Assembly: GCA_945873015.1 (NCBI GenBank)
Contig: CAMCBY010000001.1
Span: 1-44,938 of the forward strand
From: Klebsiella pneumoniae
GTDB taxonomy: Bacteria > Pseudomonadota > Gammaproteobacteria > Ga0077536
Length of the DNA stretch: 44,938 bases
Direction: 5' to 3'
Below are positions 39,254-44,938 of this stretch, piece after piece; position 1 is the stretch's first letter; the number at the start of each line of letters is the position of its first letter. Made by a program: the position numbers and the translations under genes. Below the pieces are notes generated by a model. The model was not told where the DNA came from. It ran no database searches and saw nothing but the letters and a program-made list of their open reading frames with translations.

Positions 39254-40513
39254 ATGCGCTGTGAAGTGGTCGCCATCGGCACCGAGCTGTTGCTCGGTCA
39301 AATCATCGACACCAATTCGTCGTGGATAGGCGAGCAGCTGGCGATGGCCGGCATCGACTCCCATTTTCAGACCAAGGTCGGCGACAACCTGGCGCGCATC
39401 ATCGACAGCATTCAGTTGGCGCTCTCGCGCAGCGACGCGGTTATCTGCTGCGGCGGACTCGGGCCGACCCAGGACGACATCACGCGCGACGCGATTGCGA
39501 GCATCATGGGCGTGGGGATGGAACGGCACGAGCACATTGCGCAGCGCATCCGTCATATCTTTGAATCGCGTGGGCGCGTGATGTCAGACAACAACCTGCG
39601 TCAGGCCGATGTGCCGATAGGCGCGAGCACCATTCCCGACCAGCCCGGCACCGCACCTGGCCTCATCTGTCCGATAGGCGGGAAAGTCTTGTACGCGGTG
39701 CCCGGCGTGCCCTATGAAATGCACGCCATGATGAACGGCACCATCCTGCCCGACCTGAAACGTCGCGCGGGATTGTCCAATGTCATCGCGAGCCGCACGC
39801 TGCGCACCTGGGGCCACAGTGAATCGCGTCTCGCCGAACTGCTGGCGCCGCACATCGATGCGCTCGAAGCGAGCGGCAATCCGACCATCGCCTTTCTCGC
39901 CAGTGGCATCGAAGGCATCAAGGTGCGTATCACCGCCAAGGCGGCGGACAGCGCCGCGGTCGCGACCCTCATCGCCGAAGAAGAAACACGCGTGCGCGAG
40001 GTGCTCGGGCATTATGTTTTCGGTATCGACGATGAGACCATGGAGTCGGTGGTGTTGTCGCATCTGCGCCAGCGCGGCCAGACCCTCGCCATCGCCGAAG
40101 TCACCAGCGGCGGTATCGCCAGTCAGCGCCTGTCGGCCCTCGATGGCGACGGCGTGGTATTTCGCGGCGGCTTGGTGGCCAGTGCGGGCAGTGTGCGCGA
40201 ACGGGTGCTGGGCGTGTCGGCGACGACGGTCGGCACACGCGAAGCGGCGGCGGCTCTCGCGAGCGCGGTGCGCAGTCATTTCGGCACTGACATCGGGCTC
40301 GCCACCACCGGCGAACATGACTTGGGCAAGATTGCCGGCACCAACGCCGGCACCACCTATCTCGGCATCGCCATCGGCGACGAAGTGCGGGTCGAAGAAG
40401 TGCGCTTGCCGGGCGATCGCGAACGGGTCAGACAGTTCAGTGTGATCAGTTTGTTGAATTCACTGCGCCTGCGGCTGGAATTGAACAGCTGGGCGCCGCA
40501 ACGGGATTTTTAA
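39254..40513 (+). CDS. cinA: CinA-family protein (MoCF-binding domain + PncC-like NMN amidohydrolase domain)
   Basis: 419 aa. N-terminus MRCEVVAIGTELLLGQIIDTNSSWI...GGLGPTQDDITR. The C-terminal domain has AIAEVTSGG. Confidence 0.85.
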   Translation: MRCEVVAIGTELLLGQIIDTNSSWIGEQLAMAGIDSHFQTKVGDNLARIIDSIQLALSRSDAVICCGGLGPTQDDITRDAIASIMGVGMERHEHIAQRIRHIFESRGRVMSDNNLRQADVPIGASTIPDQPGTAPGLICPIGGKVLYAVPGVPYEMHAMMNGTILPDLKRRAGLSNVIASRTLRTWGHSESRLAELLAPHIDALEASGNPTIAFLASGIEGIKVRITAKAADSAAVATLIAEEETRVREVLGHYVFGIDDETMESVVLSHLRQRGQTLAIAEVTSGGIASQRLSALDGDGVVFRGGLVASAGSVRERVLGVSATTVGTREAAAALASAVRSHFGTDIGLATTGEHDLGKIAGTNAGTTYLGIAIGDEVRVEEVRLPGDRERVRQFSVISLLNSLRLRLELNSWAPQRDF

Positions 40514-40520
40514 GCGTTCC

Positions 40521-40742
40521 ATGAAATTCGAAATCGAATACTGCGTACAGTGAAACTATCTGCCTAAAGCCCTCCGTGCGAGGGATGTATTACTGGCAGG
40601 GGCTGAACACCAGGTCGAATTGGTGCAAGGCCGCGGCGGCGTGTTCGACATCCGCCGCAATGGTGCGCTGGTCTATTCCAAAAAATCGACCGGCCGGTAT
40701 CCGACCGACACCGAATTAAACGCGCTGCTGACATCCCCGTAG
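40521..40742 (+). CDS. SelW/Rdx-family small redox protein, putative selenoprotein (TGA 40551-40553 read as Sec)
   Basis: The reading is MKFEIEYCVQ-U-NYLPKALRARDVLLAGAEHQVELVQGRGGVFDIRRNGALVYSKKSTGRYPTDTELNALLTSP-TAG. The CxxU motif sits at the family's CxxC position. 62 sense codons follow the TGA, and a SECIS-like hairpin lies just downstream. Confidence 0.65.
40560..40599 (+). promoter_or_regulatory. SECIS-like stem-loop 7 nt downstream of the in-frame TGA
   Basis: Pairings are CTGCC(40560-64)/GGCAG(40595-99), TAA(65-67)/TTA(90-92) and CCCTC(70-74)/GAGGG(80-84). The apical loop is CGTGC (75-79), about 22 nt after the TGA. Confidence 0.5.
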
Positions 40743-40769
40743 CTGCGAATTCATTCGCACATTCAAAGG
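40736..40769. repeat. Single REP-like unit, family A
   Basis: CCCGTAGCTGCGAATTCATTCGCACATTCAAAGG matches 116-148. It sits between convergent stops and overlaps the TAG of the SelW-like gene. Confidence 0.6.
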
Positions 40770-40773
40770 TGAT

Positions 40774-41091
40774 CTAATTGCCGCCCAGCGGCTGCACCAC
40801 GCGTTTTACCACCCCGACGGTTGCCTCCAGCGTGCCGACCGCGATGCCGGCGCCGCCTTCGATGACCGCGCCTGCCGCGTTCACGGCGCCTTTGGCGGTG
40901 CCCACCACCGCGCCGGCCAGCGGCCCATTGCGGCGATTTTCTTCCTGCATACCTTCGACGATTTTGACCGGTGCGGTGACGGCCTGCACGGTGCCATCGG
41001 CGGCGCGTTGTACGCCACTATCGACAGCCAGGGCGGCACGCATTGGCAGCAAGCCGATAAACAATAACGCGGGAATTCGAATGGATGTCAT
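40774..41091 (-). CDS. Hypothetical small secreted Gly/Ala/Val-rich protein
   Basis: 105 aa with signal peptide MTSIRIPALLFIGLLPMRAALA. No family recognised. Confidence 0.4.
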   Translation of the reverse strand: MTSIRIPALLFIGLLPMRAALAVDSGVQRAADGTVQAVTAPVKIVEGMQEENRRNGPLAGAVVGTAKGAVNAAGAVIEGGAGIAVGTLEATVGVVKRVVQPLGGN

Positions 41092-41204
41092 GGTCGACCC
41101 TCTTGATGCGAGGCGTGCGGCACTTTGCCGCAGGCACGGCCGACCTTAGCAGTGCCGGCCTTACGCAAACCTTGCGTCAAGTCGCAACACCGGCCATGCG
41201 CCAC

Positions 41205-41849
41205 TCAACCGATATCCGCCGCACGCCACATATACCAGCTTGCCACGGTGCGATAGGGCGCCCAGCGTTCGCCATAACGCGCGAGCTCGCGCGGGGTCGG
41301 CATTTCTTTCTTGCCGAAAGTCAGCATATAACCCTTACGCACACCGAAATCATCGACCGGCAACACGTCAGGCCGGCCGAGACGGAACATCAACAGCATT
41401 TCCACCGTCCAGCGCCCGATACCACGCACCGCGGTCAGTTGCGTGATCAGCGTTTCATTGTCGAGTCTGGCGGCCTGTTTGATGGTCGGAATTTCTTTGG
41501 CCAGCGTGCGCGCCGCGAGATCACGCAAGGCCAAGGTCTTGTTCCTCGACAGACCCGCGCTACGCAAGGTCGCATCGTCAAGCTCAATGAGACCGGCCGC
41601 GGTCGGCCCTGCACTCGGACGCGGAAAGAGCTGGCACAGACGCTCGAAAATGGTCGCCGCCGCCTTGCCATGTAACTGCTGATAGACCACTGACTGAGCG
41701 AGCGCGGCAAACACACTCGGCGTGGCGCGCACTTCCATCTGGAACGGACCGATGCGTTCAATCATGCGGCGCATACGCGCACTGCTGTCACACAGATGCG
41801 CGATGGCATCTTCGGTGGCGAATTCAAAAATCTGGTTGTGAACGCTCAT
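41205..41849 (-). CDS. alkA: DNA-3-methyladenine glycosylase II family (HhH-GPD, AlkA-like)
   Basis: 214 aa from MSVHNQ. HhH-GPD motif LTAVRGIGRWTVEMLLMF...PVDDFGVRKG. The track ORF extends 165 codons further upstream with non-protein-like composition. Confidence 0.8.
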   Translation of the reverse strand: MSVHNQIFEFATEDAIAHLCDSSARMRRMIERIGPFQMEVRATPSVFAALAQSVVYQQLHGKAAATIFERLCQLFPRPSAGPTAAGLIELDDATLRSAGLSRNKTLALRDLAARTLAKEIPTIKQAARLDNETLITQLTAVRGIGRWTVEMLLMFRLGRPDVLPVDDFGVRKGYMLTFGKKEMPTPRELARYGERWAPYRTVASWYMWRAADIG

Positions 41850-41979
41850 CGTCGCGTATTCCTCTGCCTGCAGGGTCGCGACAGTGTAGCCGCGAACCGA
41901 CAGCACGCAGAGAGGCCTGCGCGCAAAACTGGAACGCTCTTTGCTCTGCTGCTTACACACAGCCAGCGGGAGAGAGGCA

Positions 41980-44001
41980 ATGTCGCGGCCGAGCCGCCTT
42001 TTCAGCGCAAATTCCGGGTCTTCCGGTAAATATGCCGAGCGCGCGGCGGAAAATTTTGCCGCCGGCGACCTCGCCCAGGCGGAACGATCTTGCCGGCGCG
42101 CCTTGGCGCGCGGCACCACCGATGGCGATCTATGGCACATGCTGGCCGCGATCCTGCTCGCCACCGGCAGACTGCCCGACGCGCGTGATGCGATAGGCCG
42201 CGCGCGGCGCCTGAGCCCAGGCGATGCCGACTTTGCCAATACCGAAGCCCTGCTCATGGAGCGCGACGGGGATGCCGGGGCTGCGGCCAGTGCGTGGCGC
42301 AATCTGCTCATGCGCAGTCCCGAACACGCTGACGCCTGGTACAACCTCGGCCGCCTGGCGCTGCACGGGGGCCACCCGCGCGAAGCGATGGACTTGTTGC
42401 TGCGCGCGGTGCAATTGCGCCCACGCTGGGCCGATGCTTACAAGAACCTCGGTGATGCGTGTTTCGCGCAGGGCGATGTCGAAGCCGCCGAGGCCGCCTT
42501 TCAGGCCGCTTTGCAGTGCGCGCCCGGCGATGGCGACAGCCTCGCCAATCTTGCGCGCTTGCGCCAGGAGGCGGACGATTATCCCGCCGCTCTCGGCCAC
42601 TATCGCGCCGCACTTGCGGCGGGCGCCGATCATGCGACGCTGTTGCGCTCGGCGCTGTTGATGCCGATCTTCTGTCTCAACGCGAGTGAGACAGCGGTGC
42701 ATCGCACCCGCATCGAAAACAATCTCGAAGGTCTGCTCGAGCGCTCGCTCACACTCAGCGAGCCATCGCGCAGCCTCGCCACGCCGGCATTCTATTTCGC
42801 CTATCAGGGGCTGGATGACCGGCCACTCATGACGGCACTCGGCGAGGTGGTGGGGCGTGCGTGGCGGCCGACGCCGCTGCCACGGGTCAGAGCCGCGCCG
42901 CGCCCGCGCATCGCGTTCGTGTCGGCGCATTTTAAACAGCACACCATCGCGCGTTTGTATGTGCCCTTGCTGGAGCGTTTATCGCGCCGCGACTTCGACG
43001 TCGCGGTGCTGAGCATTGGTCAACATGATGGGCCGCTGGCGACACGCATCGCACAGGCCGCCGACCACGCGCTCGCGGTGCCGGAAGATCTCGACGCCGC
43101 GCGTCACGGACTGGCTGCGCTCGCGCCCGATGTGGTGGTGTATTGCGACATCGGTATGGACCCGTGGAGTTATTACCTCGCGGCTGAACGTCAGGCCCCG
43201 GTGCAATGCGTCACCTGGGGCCACCCGGTCACGAGCGGGCTCGCCAATGTCGACTACTTCCTGTCCTCGCAACTCATCGAGCCGCCGGATGCAGCCCGCC
43301 ATTACCGCGAGCAGCTGATTCAACTGCCGAGTTGGCCGGTGTTGTACGAAGAGCCGCTGCCGCCACGCAGTGTGGTGACGCGCCGTGATTTCGGCTTTGC
43401 AGCAGGTGAACACATTTATCTGTGCCCACAGAGTCTGTTCAAGCTGCACCCGGATTTTGATGCCTATCTCGCCGCCATCCTGCGCCTCGACCCGCGCGGC
43501 GTGGTGGTATTGCTGGACAGCCGTGCGGCCTGGCGCACACGCCTGGAGGCGCGTTTTGCCTACGCCGTGCCCGACATCTCGACCCGTATTCGTTTTATTC
43601 CGCCGGTCAATTCGCAGGACTTCGGGGCGCTGCTGGCGGCGGCCGATGTGGTGCTCGACACGCTGCATTTCAGCGGCGGCTACACCAGCTTTGAAACCAT
43701 CTGGGCCGAGACGCCGTTCGTCACCGAACGCGGTGCCTATATGCGCGGCCGTGTCACGGCCGGGCTGTGCGACCTGCTGGGTCTCGACGAAGCCCTCGCC
43801 CACGGCGCTGACGATTACGCGCGGCGAGCCGTCGCGCTCGCCACCGACGGCGATGTGCGCGATGTCATGCGCACCAAGCTCGCCCGTCGCAAACGTCAGT
43901 TGCTGGCGCAGGACGACCTGGTGCTGCCGGCCTTCCACGAATTTTTTACGCACGCACTGGATGTCGCTGAGCGCGACCGCACCAAGGAGGTTGCCCCATG
44001 A
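41980..44001 (+). CDS. TPR-repeat glycosyltransferase, GT41 (O-GlcNAc transferase / SPINDLY-like)
   Basis: ATG 41980 follows GGGAGAGAGG. N-terminal TPRs. The C-terminal catalytic region has WGHPVTSGLANVDYFLS, a YREQLIQLP-type motif and DVVLDTLHFSGGYTSFETIW, as in bacterial OGT homologues. Confidence 0.75.
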   Translation: MSRPSRLFSANSGSSGKYAERAAENFAAGDLAQAERSCRRALARGTTDGDLWHMLAAILLATGRLPDARDAIGRARRLSPGDADFANTEALLMERDGDAGAAASAWRNLLMRSPEHADAWYNLGRLALHGGHPREAMDLLLRAVQLRPRWADAYKNLGDACFAQGDVEAAEAAFQAALQCAPGDGDSLANLARLRQEADDYPAALGHYRAALAAGADHATLLRSALLMPIFCLNASETAVHRTRIENNLEGLLERSLTLSEPSRSLATPAFYFAYQGLDDRPLMTALGEVVGRAWRPTPLPRVRAAPRPRIAFVSAHFKQHTIARLYVPLLERLSRRDFDVAVLSIGQHDGPLATRIAQAADHALAVPEDLDAARHGLAALAPDVVVYCDIGMDPWSYYLAAERQAPVQCVTWGHPVTSGLANVDYFLSSQLIEPPDAARHYREQLIQLPSWPVLYEEPLPPRSVVTRRDFGFAAGEHIYLCPQSLFKLHPDFDAYLAAILRLDPRGVVVLLDSRAAWRTRLEARFAYAVPDISTRIRFIPPVNSQDFGALLAAADVVLDTLHFSGGYTSFETIWAETPFVTERGAYMRGRVTAGLCDLLGLDEALAHGADDYARRAVALATDGDVRDVMRTKLARRKRQLLAQDDLVLPAFHEFFTHALDVAERDRTKEVAP

Positions 44002-44938
44002 AACCGCGCACACTGTTCGTCAAACCACCCGATCCGTTTCTCGAGGACGAGTTCGTCTATCAGCAACTTGCACCGCATTACCTGCAATCGTGGCTGGACG
44101 TGCATGGTTATCCGTCCGCACTGCTGGTGTTGTATGTGCGCACGCGGGCCGATGGCAGTCGCACGCCCCCCACGCGGCTGGCGGACTGCCACATGTTGTT
44201 CATCGAGGACGGTGAATTGGTGCTCGACCAGCCGTTCGACAGCGCGGTGTTCGCGGGTTTTGACCTCATCGCGCTATCGGTGATGACGCCGCAGGCCGAA
44301 TACGCGCGCTGGGTCACCGCCACGGTGCGGCGCGAACAGCCCCGGGCACGGGTCATGATCGGCGGCAGCCATGCGCGCTACTACCTCGAGCAGGTGGTGG
44401 GCGAAACGGGGCTGGAAGCCTGTGATTACGTGGTGCCCCAGGACGGTTGGCAACCATTGCTCGAGGTGTTGTCCGCCGGCCTGCCCGACAGAGGCCGCGG
44501 CCATGTCATGTCGCATCAACACGACCTCTCGGAAATCATCATGCCGCCCACCCGGCCGCTGGCCTTGATGTCGCGCTATCGCTACGAGATTGCCGGCCTG
44601 CCGGCCTTTCATACCGTGACCGCGCTCGGCTGCCCGTTCACCTGCCACTTCTGCGAGGCGGGCGGTGAACGTACGCGCTACTTTCCGACTGCGATGATCG
44701 ACAACGATCTCAAAACCATGGCCGCCACCCATCGTGCGCTCGGGCGCGAACATTATGCCGTGATGTTCTTCGACGACGTGGGGCTGCTGAATCCGCGTCA
44801 GACCCGCGCCTTGGCAGAACGGGTGGCCAAACATGGCTACAGCGCATGGCGAGCCTTCACCCATGCTTATCTCATCGTGCGCCACGGCGAGAATCTGCTC
44901 GGACCGTTCGCCGACACCGGCGGGCGGCGCGTGGGTAT
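43998..44938 (+). CDS. B12-binding-domain radical SAM protein, N-terminal about 313 codons (continues beyond window)
   Basis: Not in the ORF track because there is no stop in the window. ATG 43998 follows AAGGAGG and overlaps the GT41 stop (ATGA). The frame is open to the window end. The N-terminal Rossmann-like part is LFVKPPDPF...LIALSVMTPQ...IGGSHA. The CxxxCxxC cluster CPFTCHFC is at 44631-44654. Confidence 0.75.
   Translation, partial: MKPRTLFVKPPDPFLEDEFVYQQLAPHYLQSWLDVHGYPSALLVLYVRTRADGSRTPPTRLADCHMLFIEDGELVLDQPFDSAVFAGFDLIALSVMTPQAEYARWVTATVRREQPRARVMIGGSHARYYLEQVVGETGLEACDYVVPQDGWQPLLEVLSAGLPDRGRGHVMSHQHDLSEIIMPPTRPLALMSRYRYEIAGLPAFHTVTALGCPFTCHFCEAGGERTRYFPTAMIDNDLKTMAATHRALGREHYAVMFFDDVGLLNPRQTRALAERVAKHGYSAWRAFTHAYLIVRHGENLLGPFADTGGRRVG

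Noticed and set aside
42979-44013. 344-aa minus-strand ORF; also 42130-42942 and 44274-44885 minus
   Set aside because: These are antisense to the GT41 and radical SAM genes.

Overview
GC-rich proteobacterial, gammaproteobacteria-like chromosomal segment. All family calls rest on motif recognition by eye; no searches were run.

**Layout**
- 1-2.3 kb: phoU tail, then phoR-phoB on the opposite strand.
- 2.6-10.7 kb: conserved housekeeping block comEA, leuS-lptE-holA, proA, nadD-rsfS-rlmH-maf.
- 10.8-27.4 kb: accessory mix.
  - CHK-like kinase, VOC protein, secreted GlcG-like protein, membrane protein, NlpC/P60 lipoprotein, macro-domain protein.
  - A PEP-CTERM protein with a PrsT-like TPR protein.
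  - LysR with a Tat-signal DUF1329-like protein and a cytochrome c.
  - An amber-interrupted small gene, an acyl-CoA dehydrogenase and an esterase.
- 27.7-36.6 kb: a complete nine-gene CheD-containing chemosensory operon (MCP, CheY, STAS, CheA, PAS-MCP, CheW, CheR, CheD, CheB). A near-consensus sigma-28 promoter lies upstream.
- 36.6-44.9 kb: PanE-like reductase, P450, CinA, a small secreted protein, AlkA-like glycosylase, and a TPR-GT41 glycosyltransferase coupled to a B12-type radical SAM gene that is cut by the window end.

**Features missing from the ORF track**
- A 73-codon SelW/Rdx-family gene (40521-40742) with an in-frame TGA at the CxxU position and a SECIS-like hairpin.
- The radical SAM ORF running off the 3' edge.
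- The phoU tail at the 5' edge.

**Repeats**
- Two REP-like palindrome families, one forming a nested 257-bp structure.
- A roughly 143-bp MITE with TA flanks, present as one full and one truncated copy.

**Not found**
- No tRNA, rRNA, CRISPR array, transposase or prophage genes.
- No convincing wholly new multi-gene system. The best leads are the selenoprotein recoding site, the STAS gene inside the che operon, and the GT41-radical SAM pair.
- Many long ORFs in the track are antisense shadow ORFs typical of GC-rich DNA and were rejected.
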